This document shows positions 40,188 through 50,562 of a DNA stretch of 64,000 bases, one piece after another. The stretch covers positions 1,984,001 to 2,048,000 of the forward strand of contig OZ242383.1 of the NCBI GenBank assembly GCA_965209155.1. The letters are read 5' to 3'. Both the position numbers and the translations under genes were made by a program. This DNA comes from a bacterium (GTDB taxonomy: Bacteria; SAR324; NAC60-12). The notes below the pieces were generated by a model that did not search any database, was not told where the DNA came from, and saw only the letters and a list, made by a program, of their open reading frames with translations. Within the stretch, counting starts at the first letter, position 1. Each line of letters opens with the position of its first letter.

Positions 40188-41213
40188 ATGAAATCAATCA
40201 GACGATCATTTATGTATGTGTTCGCAACCATTTGTGGCCTCGCGTTGGGCAGTAACGCGCTTCTGGCAGCAGATGAGATGATGGCCAAAGGTATGGTCAA
40301 AGGAAATCTCGTTGTGAGCGGCGACGTCGAAGTCAATTTAAACACAGAAACCCGAAACATGAAATCTTCCAGTGGTATGAAATCCACCGCCAACTCCCAA
40401 GCCGGACGAGGTAAGCTCAAATTCGAAGCGAAAGCCGATATGGGCGACCTGTACGTCGGGGGAGAAGGCGCCATTGAAGCAAAGCAGGATGGCTCGGTCG
40501 GTGGTGGAGACTACTTCTTCAAAGTGGGCGGTCCCGCTTGGAATATCACCATGGGAAGAAAAGGTGGTGAAGGTCTCTACACGGCAGGCCAGGACATTGC
40601 TGTACCGAATGTTTCTTCTCACGACGACGAAGACCTAAAAAGTAAATATGGAGTCGGTAGGTACGCTGTTGATAAAGCCAGTCAAGCTGCCGTAGGTGGA
40701 GCCAACCTGACCTTTACCCCGAACGATTCCTTGAAAATGCAGATAAGGATTCAGAGTGGTACCGTAGATGGTAAAAATCAAGTGGGTTTCCGTCCCTGGG
40801 TCGAACTCAAATTTGGTGGCATCGGCATCACGGCCGCTTACGAAACGCTTAGCGCAACTGCGCAGAAATCGGGTGATCCCGCCGGTAAAAGCTTTTCGGG
40901 CTTCGGCCTCAAAATGACGGGAGACGTGGGCGCCGTTTCATTGGGACTGAACTACACTTCCGGTAAAGAGGAAGGGGCCGAAACGATGAATTCGGCAGGT
41001 GGCTACCTCAACATCACTATGTTTGCCGGCAAACTTGGAGTGGGGCACCACCAAAATACTCAAGCGAAAATGACGCAAACGGATTCCTTTATTTCCTACG
41101 TAATCGATCCGCTAGTAGTGGATGGCAGCAAGGTCAGCGTGGGTTATGGCGTCTCGAACGCTAAAAAGGATACGGCGGGTCTTTTCCGCATACGTTTCAA
41201 CTATGCATTCTAA
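40188..41213 (+). CDS. putative outer-membrane porin
   Basis: Signal peptide, Gly-rich alternating beta strands, C-terminal RIRFNYAF. Confidence 0.7.
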   Translation: MKSIRRSFMYVFATICGLALGSNALLAADEMMAKGMVKGNLVVSGDVEVNLNTETRNMKSSSGMKSTANSQAGRGKLKFEAKADMGDLYVGGEGAIEAKQDGSVGGGDYFFKVGGPAWNITMGRKGGEGLYTAGQDIAVPNVSSHDDEDLKSKYGVGRYAVDKASQAAVGGANLTFTPNDSLKMQIRIQSGTVDGKNQVGFRPWVELKFGGIGITAAYETLSATAQKSGDPAGKSFSGFGLKMTGDVGAVSLGLNYTSGKEEGAETMNSAGGYLNITMFAGKLGVGHHQNTQAKMTQTDSFISYVIDPLVVDGSKVSVGYGVSNAKKDTAGLFRIRFNYAF

Positions 41214-41548
41214 GTCCGGCTGACCGGAATAGGGTGTTCGATTCCTTCAAGGGATTGGGAGAGGGTTCCCTGTCCCCTCATGATGAGTTGGACACTCCTT
41301 CGTAGGCAGTTCGGATGACGTTTTGCCACTTTTGCAGTGAAAATCGTCAATTGCCTGATTCGCTCCTTGCGGAGAATCACGGGACCTTTGCATGACCCCT
41401 CCATGCAGAGGACCCGTGAGGCAGTCCCAATTTTGTCTTTACACGCATATTTCCAAATGCTATCGTCTTGTGTAATTTTTAATTTTCCAACTATGACCGC
41501 TCGTCTTGAGACGAGAAATTCGTTCAGCGCGAGGTGAAGACATACCGA

Positions 41549-42962
41549 ATGTTCTGGCTCAATCAAATTCTTTCCATAGACCCGGACACAATGACGGGAA
41601 GATTACTGCCTCTCCTGATTGACAAGGTGTTGATTGCTTTATTCGTAGGTATTGCTTTCATCATCTACGATAGGTATCGCACTAGCGACAGTCAGCGATT
41701 TGAACGCGAACTTGTAGACTTTACCAATAATCTGGAAACTGAGAGAAGAAATTTAGATCTACAATACCAAAGGCAAATCGCCAACATACTAAAGAGAGTT
41801 CGAAAAAGCGCGCCTTTCGAAGGAGCTACTGCCGCACATTCTCGATAAAAATGTTGATGTCGTTGCAAGAAGCTACCTGTTGTCGTCTGCCCTGTCGACA
41901 AAACTGATCGACGGACACGCCGCGCTGGAGGTTGCAGCAACCCTTATCGCGCATGGAGCCGAGGAGAGCCATGTCAAGAGAATTGCACAGTTGGTGTTAC
42001 CTGATGGCTTGGAGGCGATTGCTTCACATGCGGCTCGTCTCCAAGAGCAGGCCAACAAGTTCGGTATTGGAGACCTATCGCTTCAAGTTACGTCAACAGT
42101 AGGTGTTCTGGGAGAAAGGAGTTATACGCCCGCAGCGACACTGTCCAAGGAGTTACAGGACGTTCAGCGAGAAAGGCTTCTGTGGGCTTCGGTGCTAAAG
42201 GATACATTACCGCATGTTGCAAGTAAGGATGAAGAGCGTGTTGTTACCCGTGACTTTGTAGCAAGGCACATAAACCTGATTTACTTTTTGGTTGGAAGTA
42301 ACCCGGATTTATTTCAGAGCTCCAGCAGATTGTTAAAGCTTGTGGGCGCATTGAACTGTGTCGTTGGCGATTGGGGTCAAAAAGTAGAGGCGATCGACTA
42401 TCTGGAGTTGCAATTTCAATCTTTGGACCTGTCGTCAAGATCTGACATCAGATACGCTTTGGCGTTGGTTAACGTGATGCGGGAATATGGGCAAGGATCT
42501 GATGCACAATTTCGACGGATCGCACCCGGCATTTCTCGTCAGTTGGCGAAATTGCTGGTTGATAACAGCTTTTTCCATCGTGTGTCATGGATAGAACAGG
42601 ATGCGTCGTCCGAACAACGTGAGCGATGGTTTGAGGAAGAAGTAGCAGCGGGAACACACTCTTCTATGCAGCTTGCGGCGGGCGAAGTATTGTTGTTATT
42701 GGGAAAGCGTGTCGAGAATGCGGAAGGAATTCTTGTTTCATTTATTGATGAGTTTATCAATAAACTGGAGGAGTTGGAGACAGACGAGGAGATTACGTTG
42801 TTGTCTTCGAGGTATGGTTCATATTCGATTCGTGCGGCAGTTAAATCACTTCTGGCTCTGAATTCAATCACCGCAAATTCAACAATACAAAAGTTGAAAC
42901 AAGTTGACCGCAGAAAACTGGGAGCCTTTGAAGGCGTTTTCATGGAATTGTCGCAGCAATAG
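41549..42962 (+). pseudogene. hypothetical membrane-anchored protein split by one frameshift near 41790
   Basis: The frame after CTAAAGAGAG (REFEKARLSKELLPH...) is open and continuous with ORF 41880-42962. Confidence 0.55.
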
Positions 42963-43049
42963 ATGCGCACTCTTACAATAAAGCGGCAAGCGGCTTGGCA
43001 ACGCACCGGCCTGACGCCGCTTGCGCTCATTGTCCTCGGCAATCAGACC

Positions 43050-44060
43050 GGTGGCCATGTCCTCAACCTTGCGTTAGTGCTTGGGTCGAACTCCGGCAAC
43101 ACTTCGTCAAATTCTATCAATCCTTCCATATTTCTACCGATATCATTGCCAATATATTCCGAGCAAGACTCCTGGCGGTCTTACTCAAGCAAGAATTTAT
43201 CACACAAGAACTCATCGACCTGCTGATGTCCTGGAATTATAACGCCGGCTTTCAGGTCCATAGTGATCAAAATATCAACGGAGCTAATGGTGATCGTATT
43301 GAAAAAATTGCCAGATATATGAGCCGGGCAGCCATCTCGGTCGAAAGAGTCGAGTCCAATCCCGAAGAGAACACGGTAACGGTTTATGAGAAACAAAAGA
43401 TAACTTCTTCCTCCAAAAATGCCCATTACGATAAATTGGAGTTTATGGCCCTGTTGGCAGGGCATATCCCTTCACCCTACGAAACAATCACTTTTTTTTA
43501 TGGGATTTATAGCAACTCCTATCGAGGCAAGGAAAGAAAAGAAAAAAGAGGAGAGAGCCCAATGCAGATGGAAAAGATCAAAGGAAAAGCGAAAGCTTGC
43601 GCAAGTTGGGCACGGCTGATCCATAAAATCTTCGAAGTCAATCCCCTTTTATGCCCAAATTGCGGCAAAGAAATGAAGATCATCGCTTTTATTACCAATC
43701 ATCAGGAAATCAAAAAAATATTGAAACATATCGGAGAAGAAACCCAAAAAGCGCCGCCACTGCCATCTATCACCCCCTATGAGACGGATGACTACTATGC
43801 CGACTACATCCCCCCCGAATGAAGTCTATTTTGCTGATGAAGAATGGGTATCTTGAAAATTCTCCAGAAAAACCCAGGGATCGCTTTGCCCAAAATTCGG
43901 CATTTCAAACCAGCATAAAAGAAAAGCGATAAAAAATGAACATGTCACACACCCTCCCAAGAAACCTTCCAAAAAAGCAAAAATATCCCTCCTAATTTTA
44001 TCTTTACACACATATTTCCAAATGCTATCGTCTTGTGTAATTTTTGATCTTCCTACTATG
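43050..44060 (+). mobile_element. IS91/ISCR-like transposase 3' remnant plus its end region
   Basis: GFQVH..ARYMSR, LEFMALLAGHIP, YGIYSN and WARLIHKIFEVNPLLCPNCGKEMKIIAFI motifs (CDS stop at 43822); N-terminus missing. Confidence 0.85.
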
Positions 44061-44091
44061 ATATTGCGCTTGAGCGTCCACACCATAGTTA

Positions 44092-44296
44092 GTGCTTGGC
44101 CGAAAATTAGTTAACTACATGATATTTAATGGTATTCACCTATTTTCAAGAAACGAAGATTTTGGGGAAACTCATCAAAAATCCCATTTTTTGTTGATTT
44201 TGACCATCTGAACACGGTATCGAACAAATCTTCATCCTGTGAAATTGAAGAAATGTCATTTAATATCAGCAATTTGGGTGTTTTTCGGCCAAGCAC
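44092..44296. mobile_element. MITE, 205 bp
   Basis: Perfect 15-bp TIR GTGCTTGGCCGAAAA, flanked by direct repeat TAGTTA. Confidence 0.85.
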
Positions 44297-44315
44297 TAGT
44301 TAGAAGGAATAACAG

Positions 44316-44897
44316 ATGAATGAGCCCCAATCCCTACCAACGTCAGAATCTCCTGAGTTTGTTCCGTGTATCGATTGTCACGAACTAATTCCCGTCGGAG
44401 CAAAGAAATGTAAGCATTGTCACAGTTTTCAAGGCTGGTCCAGACGGTTACTGGGCTTAGCAAACATGACCTTACCACTTCTAGTAGCGCTTGTTTCGGT
44501 GATTGCCAGCCTTCAAGCGGTAAGAACCGTAACACCCCAAGAAGCGCTTAGAGTTACCGCCCATGTTTCGAACGCTGGTATACAGGGAGGTATTGAGACC
44601 TATGTGGTCAATGCAGGAACGGCGAGCGGAACACTAAAGCGGGACGCTATTGTGATTGTCACTGACGCAGAGAAGAAGGTGATTCACAAGATTAACCACT
44701 TTTTTAATCCCGCATCTGGCAACAGTCTAGGAGCGTTGACGTTGGATCCACATGACGAACGAACGTTCTATTTGTCTTCTTCTCATGCAAATCAGGGGTA
44801 CCCCGAATTACAGGACGATTATGTATGCACTTTGCATTATCTGGTGCAAAGTGCCGCCGGGAATAGGGACGCCACTGTTTCGTTCAATTGCTGGTAA
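44316..44897 (+). CDS. hypothetical protein with a zinc ribbon (CxxC..CxxC) and a TM helix
   Basis: CIDCHELIPVGAKKCKHC, then a hydrophobic segment; RBS AAGGA. Confidence 0.65.
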   Translation: MNEPQSLPTSESPEFVPCIDCHELIPVGAKKCKHCHSFQGWSRRLLGLANMTLPLLVALVSVIASLQAVRTVTPQEALRVTAHVSNAGIQGGIETYVVNAGTASGTLKRDAIVIVTDAEKKVIHKINHFFNPASGNSLGALTLDPHDERTFYLSSSHANQGYPELQDDYVCTLHYLVQSAAGNRDATVSFNCW

Positions 44898-44984
44898 GGG
44901 CCGAAGAAAACTCGACCCTTGAAGTCTACCGCACAACGCGCGCACTCAAATTCGCACGGTGTACGACGATTCGCTACGGGTCGA

Positions 44985-45179
44985 GGAAATGAGATCCAAA
45001 AAAAGAAAACTTTCTCCTCCAAAAAGGCCCATTACGATATATTGGAGTTTATGGCCCTATTGGCAGGGCATATCCCTTCACCCTACGAAACAATCACTTT
45101 TTATTATGGTGATTTATAGCAGTTCCTAGATCAAAGGAAAAGCGAAAGCCAGCGCAAGTTTGGCACGATTGATCCATAA
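44985..45179 (+). pseudogene. second IS91-like transposase fragment with an internal deletion
   Basis: Near-identical to 43390-43520 joined to 43576-43626. Confidence 0.8.
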
Positions 45180-46016
45180 GAGACTGTTTGGATAAAAAAT
45201 TGCATGTTTACTAAATTTCCATTTTTTTAAAAGGAGTTTGATGTATCCAAGCAATTTAAGCGATCAAGATTGGTCTGAGATTGAACATTTTTTTAGACGT
45301 TTTGACCCCCGAGGGGCCAAGAGTATTTATAGCAAACATACCATCGTCAATGCGGTTTTATATGTAGTGAAATCGGGTTGTCAGTGGAGAATGCTTCCCC
45401 ATGATTTTCCTCCCTGGCAAGCCGTTTATGATCATTATCGCCGCTGGAATCAAAGAGGGATTTGGCAAAAGGTTTTGGATTACCTCAATGCCTGCACTCG
45501 TGTGAAACAGGGCAAGAAGCCTTTTCCCAGTTACGCCATCGTCGATTCTCAAAGTGTGAAAACCCAATATGCTTCCAAAGAGCGGGGCATCGATGGGGGG
45601 AAAAAATCAAAGGACATAAACGCCATATCAGTGTGGATACTTTGGGCAACCATTTATATGTGAAAGTCCATGCAGCGAACCAATCTGACACCAAGGAAGG
45701 GTGCGCTGTTTTTGAGCAAACCACTCGCAAATATCCAAGCTTGAAAGCTTTTTCCGCGGACCAAGGATATTGTGGCACCTCGCTGGAATTTGTGGAAAAG
45801 GTATTGGGACTGAAACTCGGCATCGCTAAAGGAATCAAGGGCCAGTGGGTCCTCTTGAAAAAACGGTGGGTTGTAGAGCGCACATTCGCTTGGTTCGGTG
45901 GATTCAGGAGACTATCCAAAGATTTTGAAATCCTCACAAACACTGCTGAAAATATGATTCGTATTGCCATGATCAAAGTGACCTTAGCAAAGTGTCTTAT
46001 TTAACCAAACGGTTTC
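45180..46016 (+). mobile_element. IS5-family element with a two-ORF transposase (45241-45663 and up to 46004) joined by a probable -1 frameshift
   Basis: MYPSNLSD, GCQWRMLPHDFPPW, IVDSQSVK, GHKRHI and RWVVERTFAW motifs; G6A6 slippery run near 45600; imperfect TIRs GAGACTGTTTGGATAAA / TTTAACCAAACGGTTTC. Confidence 0.9.
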
Positions 46017-46369
46017 TTACTCATGATCCGCTATCCTTGAAAATGGGCGGTGTTGAGATGGCAATCGATTTGGGGGCTGAAAAACTTCTTGCCGCTGAGC
46101 GCGATGAAGAAAAAATAGCGGTTGAGATCAAAAGTTTTGTGCAACCTTCGGCGATCTCAGAGTATCATATGGCAATCGGACAATATATGAATTACCGGCA
46201 AGCCCTTCACAACAAAGAACCAGAACGGATTTTGTACTTGGCGGTTCCTACGGAAACATACCACTCTTTTTTTGCTCTCCCCTTTATTCAGGAATCTATG
46301 GTAAATTATCAACTTAAACTGATTATTTATGATGCTGAGAAGGAGATCATTGAAAAATGGATAAAATAA
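46017..46369 (+). pseudogene. xisH: XisH family protein, 5'-truncated by IS5
   Basis: THDPL, IDLGAEKLLAAE, IAVEIKSF and GQYMNYR..L..EPERILYLAV motifs. Confidence 0.85.
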
Positions 46370-46689
46370 AACGTTATCGAACTTATATTAAAGAAGTCAT
46401 TAAACGGCATAGCTCTCCGTCCGCTTATGGAGAGATCGAAATCCAAAACATTTTTGACACCGAGCATGATCACTATCAACTCGTCTATACCGGCTGGGAC
46501 AAAAAGCAAAGGCAGTACGGATGTCTCATTCATCTAGATATTAAGGAAGGTAAAATATGGGTTCAACAGGATGGAACAGAAAGCGGAATCGCTAATGAGT
46601 TATCTGAGTTAGGGGTTCCTAAAACAGAGATCGTTCTGGCCTATCATCCTCCTTATAAAAGAGAATACACGGAATTTGCGGTCGCCTAG
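46357..46689 (+). CDS. xisI: XisI family protein
   Basis: HDHYQL..GW, IHLDIKEGKIWVQQDGTE and IVLAYHPP motifs. Confidence 0.9.
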   Translation: MDKIKRYRTYIKEVIKRHSSPSAYGEIEIQNIFDTEHDHYQLVYTGWDKKQRQYGCLIHLDIKEGKIWVQQDGTESGIANELSELGVPKTEIVLAYHPPYKREYTEFAVA

Positions 46690-46770
46690 TGGAGACGCCA
46701 AATGAATTTGTTCGTTTAATGACTTTTGTCAATCAGCGAGAGAAGAGGTATACGAGTCCGGTTGCTTGGA

Positions 46771-46865
46771 TTACAGCAATTTATACAGGAACCCGCCGTC
46801 CACCTCCATCGTTTCGCCGGTAATGTGGCGGGCGTCCTCGGAACAGAGGAAGAGGATCATATTGA
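46771..46865 (-). pseudogene. SDR oxidoreductase C-terminal fragment
   Basis: Translates ILFLCSEDARHITGETMEVDGGFLY. Confidence 0.65.
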
Positions 46866-46996
46866 TTGGTGTTCGCTAACGACGGGGCTGCTCATGGCGA
46901 TGGGACGCCCCACGTAGTTGGAGTGTGAAGACTAATGCCCCATTTCTTTCTTCAGCGCTTGGTCGATCCAGTGGCGCGAGAAGATGGTAAAATTTT

Positions 46997-47983
46997 TTCG
47001 GTGTCACTCATTAGAGTGAATTTCCAAGAAAAAAATACTTTTCCGTCCACAAATCAGGGTAACCCATTTGCGTGTAGTCTTCAGCACTTGGCATTACAAT
47101 TTTTTATAAACGCACCATTTATTTCAAGAGTTGGAGTCATTTCTTCAAAATGGATCAAAGCAAATGCTCCAGTCACTCCTCGTAATCCCTCACAGATTCT
47201 CCTCCTATTTCGATGTCAGGCTCGAGAGTTTGGAAGAACAGTTTTGGAGAGGGATGATGGATGATAGTGGATGAACAGGGTTCATCCATTGAGGTAACGA
47301 GTCAATCCCGCAACCGCCAGGATTGCTTGGAAATCATTCAAATTCAAATCTTTGCTTAAAATTCCAAACTTGACCCACTTTCCTCTTTAAACTCCACCTG
47401 GAAAGTACTTGATGAATGCGGAAGCTGCGATCAATCCTAAAAGAATCGTTCCAATCAACCATCGATTATTGGCTAAATTGTGGTGAATAAGCTTCTCGAG
47501 ATTATCTATTCTTATATTGACTGCATCAAACTTCACATCCACGGTATCAAACTTGGCATTCACCACTTTTTCAAATGCTTCCAAGTCACGTTTTGATGCG
47601 AATACCTCTAAATCTCGTTTCGTAATCATTTTGGATGCAGTCTCCATACTTCTTCTCTCTGAAGGTGGGGGGCCCGTTCGCCCTGGCTAGAGACGAACGG
47701 TATCTCTTGAATGGATGAGAAAAGATTATTTATGCTAACACGATTTATTCAATTGTCGAGATTTATATTTCCGTTTCGGGGTCACTCATTAGAGGAATTT
47801 CCAAGATAAAAAACAGTTTTCCGTCCACAAATCAGGGTGAGTAATTTGCGTGTAGTCCTCAGGATTGAACGCTACAACCTTTTATAAACGCACCATTTAT
47901 TCAAGAGTTGGAGTCATTTCTTCAAAATGGATCAAATCAAACGCTCCAGTCACTCCTCGTAAACCCTCACAGATTCTACTCCT
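46997..47983. repeat. ~210 bp direct repeats (46997-47206 and 47775-47983)
   Basis: Long identical stretches, e.g. TTCAAGAGTTGGAGTCATTTCTTCAAAATGGATCAAA. Confidence 0.85.
47387..47647 (-). CDS. small coiled-coil protein with a C-terminal TM helix (DUF1640-like)
   Basis: TKRDL/SKRDL and KFD repeats, hydrophobic tail. Confidence 0.55.
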   Translation of the reverse strand: METASKMITKRDLEVFASKRDLEAFEKVVNAKFDTVDVKFDAVNIRIDNLEKLIHHNLANNRWLIGTILLGLIAASAFIKYFPGGV

Positions 47984-48364
47984 CCCATAAATTTTCATGC
48001 CACTAATTGTTTTCACGTCAATGCATGTGAGTATCGTCCTTGCACAGTAAATGCAGGATAACCTACTCCTCCGGAACACTACCGCGTGAGTAGGTTGACG
48101 GATGATTTTGTGAAACCCGTTTATTGGCAATGGGAGAATGCTAACCCGATCTCACTGTCCGTTTTTGTTCTTTGGCAATTAAATTACATTCATCCTTTCA
48201 TCGATGGAAATTGAAGAGCAACAGGTGCTTGTTGTCATCCGCCTTTGTATTTCTTTTCATTAAATGCCATCGAGCAAGAACAGACAACAGCATTGCTTTA
48301 AGACGTTGACTTCGCTACAATAATTTTTCCTATTCCAACCAGCATTCTTTATTATTTGCAAACG

Positions 48365-48658
48365 ATGTTTGAGATTCTATTGACAGAAAGTGCCAAGGAC
48401 GATTTACGGATCTTTAATAAATCGGATCAAATCTTGATACTCGACACCATTGAAAGGCAACTTCAGCATGAACCAACATTGGAAACAAAAAACAGAAAAT
48501 CTTTACGACGAAACGAATTATCAAAATGGGAATTACGAATTCGAGAGTACAGAGTATTCTATGATGTGGATTCAGAAACGCAATCCCTGAAGATCAAAGC
48601 TATTGGCCATAAAGAACACAATCTACTTTTTATTCGTCAACAGGAGTATAAGCTGTGA
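48365..48658 (+). CDS. RelE/ParE-family toxin
   Basis: Small basic protein with WELRIREYRVFYDV. Confidence 0.8.
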   Translation: MFEILLTESAKDDLRIFNKSDQILILDTIERQLQHEPTLETKNRKSLRRNELSKWELRIREYRVFYDVDSETQSLKIKAIGHKEHNLLFIRQQEYKL

Positions 48659-48912
48659 AAACGATCAAAGTCACTGAAAATTCGCTCAACCTGGAAGCGA
48701 TATTAAATCTTGCGAGTGAAGAAAATATTCTTTTGGAAACACTGGAAGGCAGAGAGTTTGTTCTTGCAGAAATTGATAACTTTGACAGAGAGGTCGAATT
48801 AATCCGGCAAAACCAAGAATTAATGAATTTTCTCGATGAGCGATCAAGAGAACAAAAGACGCTCACGCTCAATCAAGTGAAGCAACAACTTGGTTTGGAG
48901 AACAGCAACTGA
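48655..48912 (+). CDS. putative cognate antitoxin
   Basis: Overlaps the toxin stop; acidic 85 aa protein ending TLNQVKQQLGL. Confidence 0.65.
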   Translation: MKTIKVTENSLNLEAILNLASEENILLETLEGREFVLAEIDNFDREVELIRQNQELMNFLDERSREQKTLTLNQVKQQLGLENSN

Positions 48913-49170
48913 CCTGGTCCTACCCGATTCAAATCGCGCATCCCTCCACTGAATTAAATCATTCACCGTTTTTTTTTCCTCACTTGCGAGTCGGGCTGAT
49001 ACGTATTGTTACAAAGTGTTACAGCTCCGAAAAGCATTTGCGCTGAAATAGCCGTATCTTGAAATATCGGAAGCGGCATCCCGTCAGTCTCTTGGGGCGA
49101 GTGTCTCATACACTGGCAGGTTGTCTGCCGGAAAATCAAAGTTGATAACAATCTGAAACAGGGAGATAAC

Positions 49171-49620
49171 ATGAAAAAGAAATCAATCTATGGAATTTTT
49201 ATTCTTTCCTTCTTAGCAATTCCGGTCCTGCTCGCAGGATGCCGCAGTCATAGCATTGAAGAGCGGGCTGTCCACCTCACCCGGCATGTTGCCGGTGAAT
49301 TGGAGATGACTGATGCGCAAAGCGCACGATTGCAAGGCAGCATCACGAAACTACTTGAAAAAGAAAAGGATCTTCGAGATATCAGAGACAGCGTGACCGG
49401 GGAGTTGGTGGCCCAACTGCGTGCGGACCAAGTCGATTCAGAGCACCTGAACGAGGTCATCATGCAAAATAAAGCGAAAATGGAGTCGATGCTGGCACTT
49501 TTAGTGGATGAATTCACTGAATTGCACAAGGATCTTACCCCGGAGCAACGCGCGGAAGTGGCTTCGAGGATAGAAAAAATCCAGGAACGGTTTTTCGAAC
49601 GCCATCGATGGTGGGGTTGA
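49171..49620 (+). CDS. Spy/CpxP-like periplasmic lipoprotein
   Basis: Lipobox LAGC; MTDAQ and LTPEQR motifs. Confidence 0.75.
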   Translation: MKKKSIYGIFILSFLAIPVLLAGCRSHSIEERAVHLTRHVAGELEMTDAQSARLQGSITKLLEKEKDLRDIRDSVTGELVAQLRADQVDSEHLNEVIMQNKAKMESMLALLVDEFTELHKDLTPEQRAEVASRIEKIQERFFERHRWWG

Positions 49621-49863
49621 GGTATCCTCAACTTGCGAGCTCCAGACGAATCAACGGCCCTTCGTGACGTCCAATCCTGACGCTTTTCGGGATTCCGCTC
49701 CTCTGAAGTCGTTGATTCGACCGGATGAAGCGAACTTTGCATCGTATTCACATGATACCTGAAAATGTGAAATCGGATTTTGGCGTCATATCGGGTCGCA
49801 AGCCGTTCAAAACCCGTCGTTTCCGTGTGAACACAGGAACGATTTGAAATAAGAGGCAAGACC

Positions 49864-50562
49864 ATGAAACCGGTGGTTCTCATTATCGATGACGACGAGA
49901 AACTGAATCATTTGCTACGGAATTACCTGAAAGATTTCGGCTTTGATATCATTACCAGCACTCGTCCCCGGGAAGGGTTGAAACAATTGGAAAAGCATGA
50001 ACCGGATTTGGTCATTCTCGACGTCATGCTTCCGGAAATGGATGGATTTGAAACTTGCAAAGCCATTCGCAAGTCCCATACGGTCCCCATCATCATGTTG
50101 ACGGCGCGAGGCGAGGTGATGGACCGAGTCGTTGGATTGGAAATCGGGGCGGATGATTATTTACCCAAACCCTTCGAACCGCGGGAATTGGTGGCTCGTA
50201 TTCAAACCGTGTTGAGGAGACTGCACCGCGTACGCCATGATGAAATTTTACAGTTTGGGGAACTGCTGATAAACGTACCCAAACGCAGTGCGCAATTGAG
50301 AGGTGAACCGTTACACCTCACCACGACCGAATTCACCGCTTTGACTTACCTGGCGCGAAATCCAGGTAGAGTGCTCGACCGTGATCAAATTCTGGATGAA
50401 TTGAAAGGGATCGAAGCCGATTATTTCAACCGCACCGTGGATATCGTCATGAGCCGCTTGCGCCAGAAACTGCGCGATGATCCCAAACATCCCACCTTCA
50501 TCAAAACAATTTGGGGCGCCGGATATGTCTTCATTGGAATCCCGTCGCATGAAAAGCATTAG
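49864..50562 (+). CDS. OmpR/CpxR-family response regulator
   Basis: LDVMLP, GADDYLPKPF and winged-helix IKTIWGAGY motifs. Confidence 0.93.
   Translation: MKPVVLIIDDDEKLNHLLRNYLKDFGFDIITSTRPREGLKQLEKHEPDLVILDVMLPEMDGFETCKAIRKSHTVPIIMLTARGEVMDRVVGLEIGADDYLPKPFEPRELVARIQTVLRRLHRVRHDEILQFGELLINVPKRSAQLRGEPLHLTTTEFTALTYLARNPGRVLDRDQILDELKGIEADYFNRTVDIVMSRLRQKLRDDPKHPTFIKTIWGAGYVFIGIPSHEKH

Noticed and set aside
41495..44990. Integron cassette array with attC sites
   Set aside because: Hairpins follow the cargo genes, but I could not find paired RYYYAAC/GTTRRRY boxes and there is no integron integrase in the window
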